A DNA stretch of 64,000 nt from an uncultured virus (IMG/VR IMGVR_UViG_3300033149_002562) (IMGVR_UViG_3300033149_002562); one strand, 5' to 3'. Counted from the first letter of the stretch, positions 8,490 through 17,752 are shown. The notes: generated by a model not told the origin, from the letters alone. A program made the numbers and translations.

Positions 8490-9305
8490 TTACGCCTTCT
8501 TTATAAGGGTAGGTGCGTTGTAGCGTTTGCATGTTACGCCAGACGCTGTAGCCCGGTAGACGGCTATCTCCACACCATCCTGCGTCAACGACAAGCTTCG
8601 TTGGCGGTCAACCGGGGCGTTCTTGCGCCGGGCGGCTTTGCGTGCTGCCTCGGCCTCCTCTTGCTCCTTGGCCTTGCGCTCGTCGATTGCCTTGACGATC
8701 TGCGACACTCGGCCTTGCGTGATGCCGTGCTCGGCCGCAACCACCTTCTGTGATTTGCGCTGTGTGCGCACCTCCTCCCATACCGCGTGTTTTTCGTTTG
8801 CGCTGACTTTGCGTCGGGCGTCGAACGGTTCGGGCTCTGCTTCGCCGTCGCCATCGGATTCGGAGGGGATATTAGCTTTCGGCGGGTGCCGGTTGCTAAT
8901 ATCCCATCGCCTTACGGTTCGTTCATCGACCCCCAGCAGCGCCGCAATCCGCTCCAGGGTCCACTCCTGCTCACGCAGCGCCGCCGCCACCTCACGCCGC
9001 CTCGCATCATGCTCCGCCTTCTGCTCGGCGGTCATGTTGCGCCGCTTGTTGTTCGTGCCCAGCACGTAGCCTATTTTTGCCTCCTCCGACATCGACTCGA
9101 CCCCGGGGAGGACTCGCCAAGGGCAGTCTGGCGCGATACGAAAGCGGTGGTGGCCGTCCAGGATGTCGCCGTTGGCGTCGCAGACGATAGCGTCCATGAC
9201 GCCGCGTTCAGCTATATCCGCTGCCAGCGCGTCGCGCTCGGCTTGCCGCAAGGGGGGCAACAGCTTCGCGTAGGTTGGATTGATCTTGGGGTGCTTTCGA
9301 GCCAC
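8490..9305 (-). CDS. ParB-like domain plus HTH protein
   Basis: LAADIAERGVMDAIV...ILDGHHRFR, NNKRRNMT, and HTH TLERIAALLGVDERTVRRW. Confidence 0.85.
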   Translation of the reverse strand: MARKHPKINPTYAKLLPPLRQAERDALAADIAERGVMDAIVCDANGDILDGHHRFRIAPDCPWRVLPGVESMSEEAKIGYVLGTNNKRRNMTAEQKAEHDARRREVAAALREQEWTLERIAALLGVDERTVRRWDISNRHPPKANIPSESDGDGEAEPEPFDARRKVSANEKHAVWEEVRTQRKSQKVVAAEHGITQGRVSQIVKAIDERKAKEQEEAEAARKAARRKNAPVDRQRSLSLTQDGVEIAVYRATASGVTCKRYNAPTLIKKA

Positions 9306-9310
9306 TCTTC

Positions 9311-9684
9311 GCTCCTTTCCGCTCCGTTACGGCCGTTCCGCTCCGGTCCTCTCCTTTCCGCTCCAATCCAATCCGGTCCGTTCCATTACGGCCGTTCCGT
9401 TCCGGTCCCATCCTGTCCTTTCCCGTCCGATCCGGTCCGTTCCGTTCCACTCCGTTACGGCCGCTCCGTTCCATTCCAATCCGCTCCACTCCAGTCCGGT
9501 CCCATCCAATCCTTTCCGCTCCAATCCGTTACGGCCGTTCCGGTCCGGTCCTCTCCGCTCCGTTCCAATCCACTCCGATCCAATGCCGTCCATTCCGCTA
9601 CGGCCGCTCCGCTCCGATCCCATCCGATCCGCTCCAGTCCGTTCCCATCCCATCCGCTCCGTTACGGCCGCTCCGTTCCAGTCC
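9311..9684 (-). repeat. GGA-NN pentamer array 2 (5 complete units; candidate guide-RNA array)
   Basis: On the minus strand, 64 GGA-NN pentamers (one GCATT variant) separated by GGCCGTAAC/GGCCGTAGC/GGCCGTAAT. Confidence 0.92.
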
Positions 9685-9853
9685 GGTCACCTCCTCGATT
9701 TTGTGCCCGCCGCTCAGAGTGCGTTCAACTCGCCACGTACCTGGCCACGGCACGTACACCGGCTGCCCGAGCGGTACGATCCACGACACACCCCGAGTCT
9801 CGCCCGATTCCTGTTTTTCGCTCATCACAACCCTTTGTCCCACAAAGGTTTAT

Positions 9854-9884
9854 GTCGCGGCATATTCTTTTAATATGCCGCGAC
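9854..9884. promoter_or_regulatory. palindromic operator-like site GGCATATT-N5-AATATGCC (copy 1 of 3)
   Basis: GTCGCGGCATATT-CTTTT-AATATGCCGCGAC, perfect 13-bp arms. Confidence 0.7.
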
Positions 9885-10082
9885 CCTGTGCGGGGCTGTC
9901 CTTTGGGGGCGTTCGTTCCGCGGCCCCAAGTTGCCGTCTAGCCCCCACGGTGGCCGACGATCACGTGGGAATCCGGCAAGCGCACGGAGCACCTGCTGTC
10001 GCTGATGCTCCGTAAGGTTTGGCGCGATGACGGTTACGGCTGGCAGTTGTCTTCGGTTGGGACACTCGCTCATAGCTCTTAC

Positions 10083-10346
10083 CTAGTCGCCAAGTGGCTG
10101 ATAGTCTTTTGACCATTCTAACAGATTTACGAGTACGGCGGATGCGAAGTGCGCCTGCCGTGCGAATGCCAGTAGCTCGCCCTTGGCCGTGCGAAGCGTA
10201 TCTGGACCGGACGTGCGGCGGGCGATCTGGCGGTCCACCTCGACCATCCGTCGCACGGTGTGCAGTAAGATTGCCAGCGGATGACACTGAAGCGCCGGTG
10301 GCTCCGCATCGCTGGTCTTCGCGGCCCGAGCCCGTTTGTTCGCCAT
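10083..10346 (-). CDS. hypothetical protein
   Basis: MANKRARAA start with GGAGG RBS. Confidence 0.5.
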   Translation of the reverse strand: MANKRARAAKTSDAEPPALQCHPLAILLHTVRRMVEVDRQIARRTSGPDTLRTAKGELLAFARQAHFASAVLVNLLEWSKDYQPLGD

Positions 10347-10399
10347 GTCATCCTCCGACAGCATACTGTACCATCCGTTGCCAGCCGAACGCAAGCCGG

Positions 10400-10455
10400 A
10401 TTGGCATATTAAAAGAATATGCCAATGCCGTAACTCTATGCCACGCAAAGAGTTA
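10400..10455. promoter_or_regulatory. operator-like palindrome (copy 2) plus TAACTC-N13-GAGTTA site
   Basis: ATTGGCATATT-AAAAG-AATATGCCAAT (10400-10426), TAACTC-N13-GAGTTA (10431-10455); TATAAT at 10487-10492 ahead of the rightward operon. Confidence 0.7.
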
Positions 10456-10552
10456 GGGCGACGCAAAAAGTTTGGTCGCGTGGCGGTATAATCAGTCTTA
10501 GGCGTGTCGGGGGGTGTCCCCGGCCGTAATTCACCCACAGGAGGACCGAACG

Positions 10553-11467
10553 ATGCCAGTGAAGGAATTGCCGTTGTCGGACATCCGCGTAGATCACGGC
10601 GTATTACCGCGCGAGCGGACGAACCGCGAAATGGTGGAACACCTGAGCGAGTGGGGGCGAACGTACATCCTGCCGGATGCCGTCGTATTCTCGGACGGCA
10701 CGACGAGTTGGTTGGCCGATGGGCTACATCGCTACGAGGCGGCAAAGGCACGCGGCGACACGACTCTACGTTGTGATGTCCGGTCGGGTAAGCGCGACAC
10801 GGCTATCTGGTACGCCGCCGGGGCGAATCGAGAACACGGTGTCCCGTTGACGAACAAAGAGAAGCGTCTCGCTGTCGCGCATGTCCTGAGCGTGCCGACC
10901 TATTGGTCCCTGTCCGATTCGGCGATTGCCGAGCAGGTGGGTTGCAGCGCTGCGACCGTCATGCGGGTACGGCAGCAGATGACGAAAAAGAACGCAACGA
11001 AGACGAGTGAGGGCGGCGCGAAGAAGAATCAAAAGACGGTCACGACGAAGACCGGTAGGAAGCAGCAGGTCAGCACGTCTTCTCGCAGAGGGGCAGGTCG
11101 TCCGTCGAAACAGCGGCAGGCGGCAAAGACCAAGAAGACGCTGCACGATGGCGTACAAACACTCATACCCGATTGGTTGCGAGCCACTGCCGAGGAAGCG
11201 TGCGATTTCGACTCGTTTCTCACTGACCTTGGTAAGGTCGAGCAGCGAGTGGTACGGCTGCGGGCTGCGACACACGGCTCGGGGCAGTTGCTGGACGTGG
11301 ATTCTATCGCGGAGCATATTGAGGCGATTCGCAAGTTGGTGCGCGCCGCGCGATTCTTTGGCGTCTGCCCCGAGTGTCGTGCTCGCGGCAAAGCAGTTGC
11401 GTCATGCGAGTGCAACGGGCGAGGCTGGTATAATGAGACTGATTACAGTACGAAGGTGCTTTCATAG
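10553..11467 (+). CDS. ParB-like domain protein with HTH and C-terminal Cys motif
   Basis: WLADGLHRYEAA, ANREHGVPLT, SDSAIAEQVGCSAATV, CPEC...CEC; AGGAGG RBS. Confidence 0.8.
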   Translation: MPVKELPLSDIRVDHGVLPRERTNREMVEHLSEWGRTYILPDAVVFSDGTTSWLADGLHRYEAAKARGDTTLRCDVRSGKRDTAIWYAAGANREHGVPLTNKEKRLAVAHVLSVPTYWSLSDSAIAEQVGCSAATVMRVRQQMTKKNATKTSEGGAKKNQKTVTTKTGRKQQVSTSSRRGAGRPSKQRQAAKTKKTLHDGVQTLIPDWLRATAEEACDFDSFLTDLGKVEQRVVRLRAATHGSGQLLDVDSIAEHIEAIRKLVRAARFFGVCPECRARGKAVASCECNGRGWYNETDYSTKVLS

Positions 11468-11485
11468 AGAAGATGGTGCAAACTC

Positions 11486-13426
11486 ATGAGTGCGCCGATA
11501 CTCCGCGATTACCAGGACGCGGCACTGGCGAAGCTCGTAACGGGCTTTGACACGTGCAATAGGTTACTGGTGTCGCACGCGACTGGGTTGGGCAAAACGT
11601 ACATGGGTGCGTACTTTGCCGCGCTTTGGCCGGAAATCGCATCGGGCTATGGCAAGCCGCCCCGCGTGCTATGGCTTGCTCATCGCGATGAATTGATCCA
11701 GCAGACGGCGGAGCATTACGAGCGGTTTACTAGCATACCCCCAGCCGTCGAGAAGGGCCACGAGTCATGCGCCGGGCGGCTGCATATTGACGAACCGCGT
11801 TGCGTGGTGTCCTCAGTCCAGACGTTGCTTGACGAAAATCGGCGGCAGGCATTTGGGCGAGAGGATTTTGGATTGCTGATTGTAGACGAAGGACACCACT
11901 ACGTAGCTGAGCGCTACCAGGAGGTATTCGAGTATTTTGTACCGCCAGCGAAGGCACTGCTGCTAACGGCGACGACCGATCGCGCGGACGAGGTGAGCCT
12001 TGGTACGATCTGTGACGACGTGGCCGATCATATCGACGTGCTGGCCGGGATTGAGCGTGGTTGGTTGGTTCGGCCTCGGCAAGAGATCGTCGAGGTCGAG
12101 GAGTTGGATTGGTCTGAGCTATACAAGTCGGCCGATCTGCCAGCGGACAAGCTGGATCGAATCATACGCGAGGAGGGGCCGCTCCATAAGATCGTCTCGG
12201 GGTTTGCCGACGTGGCGAAGGGCAAGCAGACGCTCGTGTTTACTCCGCGCGTCGAGTCGGCCAGGCTCATGGTGCCGATCATTGAGCGATACATGGGTTG
12301 TCGAGCTGAGAGTATCAGCGGCGCGACACCGGCTCTTGAGCGGCGTAAGATCATCGACGAGTATCGGGATGGCGACATTCAAGTTCTGGTAAACGCCATG
12401 ATCTTGACCGAAGGGGCAGACTTCCCGGCTACGTCGTGCGTTGTAATCGCTCGGCCGACGCGAAGCAGGATGCTTTATAGCCAGATGGTCGGGCGTGCGC
12501 TGCGAACGTTGCCCGGCGTGGTAGATGGGATCGAGTCGATTGAAGAGCGGCTTGCGGCCATTGCGGCGTCAGCTAAACCGTGCTGCCACGTCGTCGATTT
12601 GGTCGGCGCGACGAAGCGGCTGTCACTCGTGCAAGTGGCAAGTCTCTTGGGCGGACGCTACGACGAAATCGTGCTGAACGAGGCGTATGAGCGAATCTAC
12701 GACAAGGCAAGGGATGGCCTGTCACCGGACGTGCTGGACGAATTGCGGGCAGCAGAATTGGTCGCGGCCGATCTCCGTGCCGCTGAGCGGCAAAAGATAC
12801 TCGCCGAGGCGAAGATCAAGCGGACGACCACTGATCCGTTCGATGTATTCACGACGCTGGATGCCGACGCGGAGCAACTGCCGGGCTGGTATGACGTACC
12901 GGCGACCGAGGAGCAACAAGAAAGGCTTGCCGCCGCGGGCATCAAGTGTGAGGGAGCCATCACAAAGGGGCAGGCGAAACAGCTACTCGCAGAGATCAAC
13001 CGTCGGCATGAACAGGGGCTATGTACCTACCGCCAGGCGAGGCAACTTCTCTTTCGTGGGTTCACAACGACGATGACCTTCGAGCAAGCGTGGGCCACGA
13101 TGGATTATCTCAGTAATCGGCCCGGCGGAATGAAAAAGCTGAAGGAGGATTTCGCACGCTGCGGCGCAGCGAAGAAGCGTGGACGCCTCTATTCATACGA
13201 CGAATGCGATTACCTGCCGCGGTATTTGGTGCCGGAGGGCATAGTCGGTGCGACGCGACCGAAAGGCAGCGAAGAGTGGACTATCGGTTACGAGACCAGG
13301 CGACGTAACTACTTTACATCGGCTACTCGCGATAGCGATGGCAACTACATATTTCACCGCAACAAGTTCGAGTTGCGGGTGCGATGGCAAGACGTGGTGG
13401 ACCTCAAGGCGAAAGGGACGCCATGA
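11486..13426 (+). CDS. superfamily 2 DEAD/DEAH-box helicase
   Basis: ATGLGKT, LIVDEGHH, LTAT, LTEGADFP, QMVGRALR motifs. Confidence 0.92.
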   Translation: MSAPILRDYQDAALAKLVTGFDTCNRLLVSHATGLGKTYMGAYFAALWPEIASGYGKPPRVLWLAHRDELIQQTAEHYERFTSIPPAVEKGHESCAGRLHIDEPRCVVSSVQTLLDENRRQAFGREDFGLLIVDEGHHYVAERYQEVFEYFVPPAKALLLTATTDRADEVSLGTICDDVADHIDVLAGIERGWLVRPRQEIVEVEELDWSELYKSADLPADKLDRIIREEGPLHKIVSGFADVAKGKQTLVFTPRVESARLMVPIIERYMGCRAESISGATPALERRKIIDEYRDGDIQVLVNAMILTEGADFPATSCVVIARPTRSRMLYSQMVGRALRTLPGVVDGIESIEERLAAIAASAKPCCHVVDLVGATKRLSLVQVASLLGGRYDEIVLNEAYERIYDKARDGLSPDVLDELRAAELVAADLRAAERQKILAEAKIKRTTTDPFDVFTTLDADAEQLPGWYDVPATEEQQERLAAAGIKCEGAITKGQAKQLLAEINRRHEQGLCTYRQARQLLFRGFTTTMTFEQAWATMDYLSNRPGGMKKLKEDFARCGAAKKRGRLYSYDECDYLPRYLVPEGIVGATRPKGSEEWTIGYETRRRNYFTSATRDSDGNYIFHRNKFELRVRWQDVVDLKAKGTP

Positions 13427-13962
13427 GCATAGAGGTGTCATCGCTCACGGCAGAGCGCAACATGCTCGGGCTGCTAGTTGTGTGGTGGGGGGACGAAAGC
13501 ACCGAGTGGCTGCGCTGGCTGCGCTGGTTGTCGCCTGACGATTTTTCTGCACCAACGCACGCCATGTTGTTTCGCGCGATGGTTGATGCCGAAACCAAAC
13601 GGGTGAGCCTGCGCAATCCACTGTCACTGATTGGATGGCTACGGCGAAGAGAAGAGTATTGGACCTATAACGTCGGGACAGAAGGGATGACGAGGATAAC
13701 GGCACCAGACCTTGCCGAAATGTGCGGCCCAGGTGCTGAGTGCTATTGGCAGATGGAGCGCTGGGCTACTGTGCTTCGACGATACCGGATGCGCCGCGAA
13801 GCGATTTTATTCGGCAGGCGGTTGATAACATTAGGGTATAATTGTAATTGTGACTCACACGATTGGTGCTGTGAGTGCGGCAGTCGGTTAGTGAAAGAAG
13901 CGGCGGATGCTGCGACCAAGCTCAGTCAACTCGCGGAGACGTTAGGCAATGTCGGGACGTAA
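13423..13962 (+). CDS. DnaB N-terminal-like domain protein
   Basis: AERNMLGLL...LSPDDFSAPTHAMLFRAM resembles the DnaB N-terminal domain; no ATPase domain. Confidence 0.6.
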   Translation: MSIEVSSLTAERNMLGLLVVWWGDESTEWLRWLRWLSPDDFSAPTHAMLFRAMVDAETKRVSLRNPLSLIGWLRRREEYWTYNVGTEGMTRITAPDLAEMCGPGAECYWQMERWATVLRRYRMRREAILFGRRLITLGYNCNCDSHDWCCECGSRLVKEAADAATKLSQLAETLGNVGT

Positions 13963-14782
13963 TCACGTTAGCATGAGCCAAATCACGATGTATTGCCGCT
14001 GTCCGGCGCAGTACGCCTTTCGCTACGCCGAAGGACTGATTGTCCCGCCTGGGATAGCTGCCCACGTTGGCTCGGGCGTCCATGCCGGTGCCGAGCACGC
14101 GATGCGGTACAAGTCGCAGCATTACAAGAACGCAAGTCCTGACGATGTACGCGACGCCGCTGTCGCTGGGTTCGATACTCGGTTGGCCGATGATGATGCG
14201 CTGCTTACGCCGGACCAGGAGGAGCGAGGGCGAGAAAACGTCGTGGCCGAGTCGCGCGATACCGTGGCAGCACTGTCGCATTTCTGGGCGTGTGCGGTGC
14301 AGCCAGAGTACCAACCGGAGTCGAGCGAAACGGTCGAGCGGCAATTTCGCGTGCCGCTTAACCAGCTTGGCATCGACTTGCTCGGATTCATCGACCTAGA
14401 AGACGACCAGCATCGGGTAGTGGATTGGAAGACCGGCCAGCGCATGAGACAAGCGGACGCTGACACGTCACTCCAATTGACGTGTTATGCCTTTGCTTAT
14501 CATTACCGTGTCGGTCACCCGCCGTCGGCCGTGCGGTTCGATTGCGTGCGTCCAAGCTCACACGATCCAACAACGCGAGTCGTGTACGAGTCTAAGCGAG
14601 ATATGGCAGACTACCAACCGTTTCTTGATCGGGTGGCCGTTGTGGTGCGGTCGATTCGCAGTGGGCTATTCCCGCCGTGTAACCCCGATACGTGGTGTTG
14701 TTGCCCTACGTGGTGCGGATATTGGAGTCGTTGTCCCTACGTAAACCCTGAACGGGCCGCGAAGGCCCAGGAGAAAAAATGA
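13949..14782 (+). CDS. PD-(D/E)XK exonuclease, RecB/Cas4-like
   Basis: SMSQITMYCRCP, GFIDL...VVDWKTG, QLTCY, C-terminal CCCPTWCGYWSRC. Confidence 0.88.
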   Translation: MSGRNHVSMSQITMYCRCPAQYAFRYAEGLIVPPGIAAHVGSGVHAGAEHAMRYKSQHYKNASPDDVRDAAVAGFDTRLADDDALLTPDQEERGRENVVAESRDTVAALSHFWACAVQPEYQPESSETVERQFRVPLNQLGIDLLGFIDLEDDQHRVVDWKTGQRMRQADADTSLQLTCYAFAYHYRVGHPPSAVRFDCVRPSSHDPTTRVVYESKRDMADYQPFLDRVAVVVRSIRSGLFPPCNPDTWCCCPTWCGYWSRCPYVNPERAAKAQEKK

Positions 14783-15654
14783 TGGCTCAACAGTCGGCAA
14801 AGGCAAAGGCGCCGGGCAGGTCGCTCGCAGCGCCGGTCGGGCTCGACAAAGATGCGTTCGTCGCATCGGTCGGCCAGATCAAGACGCAATTGCTCAGTGT
14901 AGCGGCTACCGGACTGGATTACGACAAGCTCGTGCAAGTTGCATGGTGGACGCTGCGCAGCAACCCGCTGATAGCGGAGTGTAGTCGTGAGTCGTTTCTC
15001 GGCGCGTTGTATCTCTGCGCACGCTACGGCCTGTACCCGGATATTCGGGGCCACGCTTGGATCATCCCGCGGCGCACCGGGCCGCCTGGCGGAGATGGCC
15101 GTCGCGGTTGGGAGGCTCATTTTCAGGTTGGCTATCAGGGTTGGCGCAAACTGGCGCTCCGCAGCGGGATGATTGAGCGAGTAGAGGCGCATCCCGTGCG
15201 AGAAGGCGACCAATTCGGTTACGCATACGGTTCTGAGCCGTACATCGATCACCGCCCGTGCCGCGACCGCGAGACCCCGTTGTGTGCCGCCTATGCGATT
15301 GCATGGTTCAAGGATTCGACCCGCTTTCAATTCGAGGTGTGTGAGTCGTTTCAAGTTACGCCGCTTCGAGACAGGGTACTGGCGGAGATTCCAGAGGCGA
15401 AGCGTAAGTATTCGCCGTGGGTGCAATGGGAGGCGGAGATGTGGCGCAAGATGCCGCTAATCCGACTTTGTAAAGACCTGCCGCTGGAGATCGACGACAT
15501 ACAAGAGGCCGCAGCCTACGAAGGATTGACGGCGAGCGGCCAATCACAATTAACGCGGCTCGATGATGTTGTCGGAACGCAGCCACTCGATGCCGCGCAG
15601 CTTCTCAATCAGAAAGACGAAGACGATGAGCAGCACAAGCAACCGAAGGAATGA
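14779..15654 (+). CDS. recT: RecT-family single-strand annealing recombinase
   Basis: CSRESFLGAL..CA.YGL.P, QVGYQGWRKLALRSG, SPW...EMWRK...RLCK.LP. Confidence 0.88.
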   Translation: MMAQQSAKAKAPGRSLAAPVGLDKDAFVASVGQIKTQLLSVAATGLDYDKLVQVAWWTLRSNPLIAECSRESFLGALYLCARYGLYPDIRGHAWIIPRRTGPPGGDGRRGWEAHFQVGYQGWRKLALRSGMIERVEAHPVREGDQFGYAYGSEPYIDHRPCRDRETPLCAAYAIAWFKDSTRFQFEVCESFQVTPLRDRVLAEIPEAKRKYSPWVQWEAEMWRKMPLIRLCKDLPLEIDDIQEAAAYEGLTASGQSQLTRLDDVVGTQPLDAAQLLNQKDEDDEQHKQPKE

Positions 15655-15874
15655 CGCCCGTATCGTGGAGCGAGGGCGAGTAATCGAGGCTGGCGACATT
15701 ACGGTACTCGTCGGCACGATTGCTAAACGTCGCGTAGTCTTGCTCGAAGTACAGAGCCTCGGCGGCTCGCTAGCGATCCCTTTGGACGGCGCTGCTCGGC
15801 TAGGTGACGCCTTGCGTCGGGCGGCGAATCTACCACCTACATTTACCGAAGAGGGGGTCAACTATGCCAGTTGA
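15626..15874 (+). CDS. hypothetical protein
   Basis: ORF filling the gap after recT. Confidence 0.5.
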   Translation: MSSTSNRRNDARIVERGRVIEAGDITVLVGTIAKRRVVLLEVQSLGGSLAIPLDGAARLGDALRRAANLPPTFTEEGVNYAS

Positions 15875-16364
15875 CAAAGCTACCAATCTCAGGCCGGAGG
15901 AGTGGCTCGCGTTGACGATTGTCGGCCGCGAGGCGGCGAAGTTTCGTGAGCAAGCGAGGCCCGGTCGCGGGCAGGAGGTGGACCTGTTGCTGCGGATCAA
16001 AGGGACGGTGAATGTAGGGGAGGACGGCAAAACGACGCGGATGATGAAGCCCAGCCAGGAGCAATTACTCGGATGGGTGCTGCACCGGCTCCATGATACG
16101 GGGCACGACGACGCGGCCGAGAGCATTCGCGTTGGGCTGTCGGATTGTGCGTCAAACGGCAATGGGGGACTGCCTGTGCTTGAGGGGTTTCACGAGCTGG
16201 CGAAGGAACTGGTCCGGTCTGTGAGCAAATCGTCGGAGTCGCAGAGAAAAGGGCGGACAACCGGGCATTTCGAGGTCGGCATTGTTGATCAGTCGGAGTT
16301 GAGTGCCGCCGCGGGTGCGTCGCTAATGACGCATACGCGGCGGATTGTGCTCACTGAGGAGTGA
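15864..16364 (+). CDS. hypothetical protein
   Basis: MPVDKATN start, GAGG RBS. Confidence 0.65.
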   Translation: MPVDKATNLRPEEWLALTIVGREAAKFREQARPGRGQEVDLLLRIKGTVNVGEDGKTTRMMKPSQEQLLGWVLHRLHDTGHDDAAESIRVGLSDCASNGNGGLPVLEGFHELAKELVRSVSKSSESQRKGRTTGHFEVGIVDQSELSAAAGASLMTHTRRIVLTEE

Positions 16365-16407
16365 GCGCTATTAGGTTCGTGCCATTTTTCACTAAAGGAG
16401 AAACGTG

Positions 16408-17097
16408 ATGGCAGCCAAAAAGGCATCGGCTAGCAACGAGAACGGGAGGACCAAAGTGGTTTCGATCCCGCCGCTGGAGCAGGGCATCATGGAGGTGACG
16501 CTTGTTGGCGACCGCCCCTTGATGGTCAACAACAAAACGAACGTGGCGGAGGCCGTGGCCGCGCAGTATAGCGGGTCCGGCAAGGCTGGCGCGCTGAAGC
16601 AAGCGCCGGCGTCTGAGGACGAGCAGTACGCCAGGGCGTTTTACGTCCTGCCGAGCAGCCGGCATGCGCCACCGAGTCCGAAGGCGAAGTACGGCATTCC
16701 TGCCAGCGGGATCAAAAAGTGTGCGTGCAAGGCGATTCGCACCACGGGCATCACGGACAACACGACCATCGGCTTGATTTCCAATTCGTTTTGGATCATG
16801 GAGGACGAGGCTGGGCTGTGCGAATTGTCGTTTGACCGATTGGAACGCGACGTGCGGCCGGTGAACATCGGCAGCGGCGTTAAGACCGTCCCGCAAATGC
16901 GGCACCGTCCGATCTTTCACGGATGGAAGGTGAAGCTGCGCATCAAGTTCAACCGCAAGGTCATTTCGGAGGAGCAGATCATCAATTTGTTGTTGCACGC
17001 CGGACAGTATATCGGGCTGCACGAGATGCGGGCCGAGAAGAAACAGGGCACGTGCGGCGGCTTCACGGTAGCGTTGCCGGAGGCGGGCGACGACTAA
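16408..17097 (+). CDS. solo Cas7-like RAMP protein (Vipr-like), putative RNA-guided effector
   Basis: N-terminal strand EVTLVGDRPLMVN, YGIPASGIKKC helix motif, R.RP.F.GWKVKLRIKF, and G-rich loop AGQYIGLHEMRAEKKQGTCGGF; AAGGAG RBS; stop codon is 2 nt before the array. Confidence 0.8.
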   Translation: MAAKKASASNENGRTKVVSIPPLEQGIMEVTLVGDRPLMVNNKTNVAEAVAAQYSGSGKAGALKQAPASEDEQYARAFYVLPSSRHAPPSPKAKYGIPASGIKKCACKAIRTTGITDNTTIGLISNSFWIMEDEAGLCELSFDRLERDVRPVNIGSGVKTVPQMRHRPIFHGWKVKLRIKFNRKVISEEQIINLLLHAGQYIGLHEMRAEKKQGTCGGFTVALPEAGDD

Positions 17098-17099
17098 TC

Positions 17100-17715
17100 G
17101 GAGCGGAACGGCCGTAGTGGATTGGAGCGGACGGGAGCGGATCGGAGGGGATGGGATTGGAGCGGAACGGCCGTAACGGATCGGAATGGACAGGAGCGGA
17201 ACGGAACGGACGGGACTGGACCGGAAAGGAGCGGAACGGCCGTAACGGATAAGACGGGAAGGGACCGGAGCGGAACGGACAGGAATGGACAGGATGGGAT
17301 CGGAACGGAGCGGCCGTAACGGAATGGACAGGAGCGGACAGGACCGGATGGGATTGGACAGGACAGGATTGGACCGGAGTGGCCGTAGCGGAAAGGACCG
17401 GAAAGGAGCGGACCGGACTGGATCGGATTGGATCGGAACGGAGCGGCCGTAACGGAGTGGAGCGGATTGGATTGGATAGGACAGGATCGGAGCGGAACGG
17501 AACGGAACGGCCGTAACGGAACGGAACGGACTGGATGGGACGGGAGCGGAGCGGAAGGGATCGGAGCGGAACGGAACGGAGCGGCCGTAACGGAGTGGAG
17601 CGGATTGGATTGGATAGGACAGGATTGGAACGGAGCGGAACGGAACGGCCGTAACGGAACGGATTGGATCGGAGTGGAACGGACCGGAAAGGAGCGGAGC
17701 GGACTGGAGCGGAAC
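17100..17715 (+). repeat. GGA-NN pentamer array 1 (9 units; candidate guide-RNA array)
   Basis: 107 GGA-NN pentamers (one AGACG variant), units of 10-13 separated by GGCCGTAAC/GGCCGTAGY; ends in a T-rich tract. Confidence 0.95.
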
Positions 17716-17752
17716 GGCTTTTCTCACTTTCTTTTTGCACAAGGAGTAAATA

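Noticed and set aside
8787..9941. ORFs across array 2 (384, 197, 108, 93 aa)
   Set aside because: Same artefact. The short ORF 9598..9825 reading into the array may be real but cannot be supported
10522..10530. Isolated GGCCGTAAT matching the array delimiter
   Set aside because: No flanking GGA-NN pentamers; plausible by chance in GC-rich DNA
17100..17715. Canonical CRISPR array or simple microsatellite
   Set aside because: No 25-45 bp direct repeat with unique spacers and no cas1/cas2; too structured for slippage
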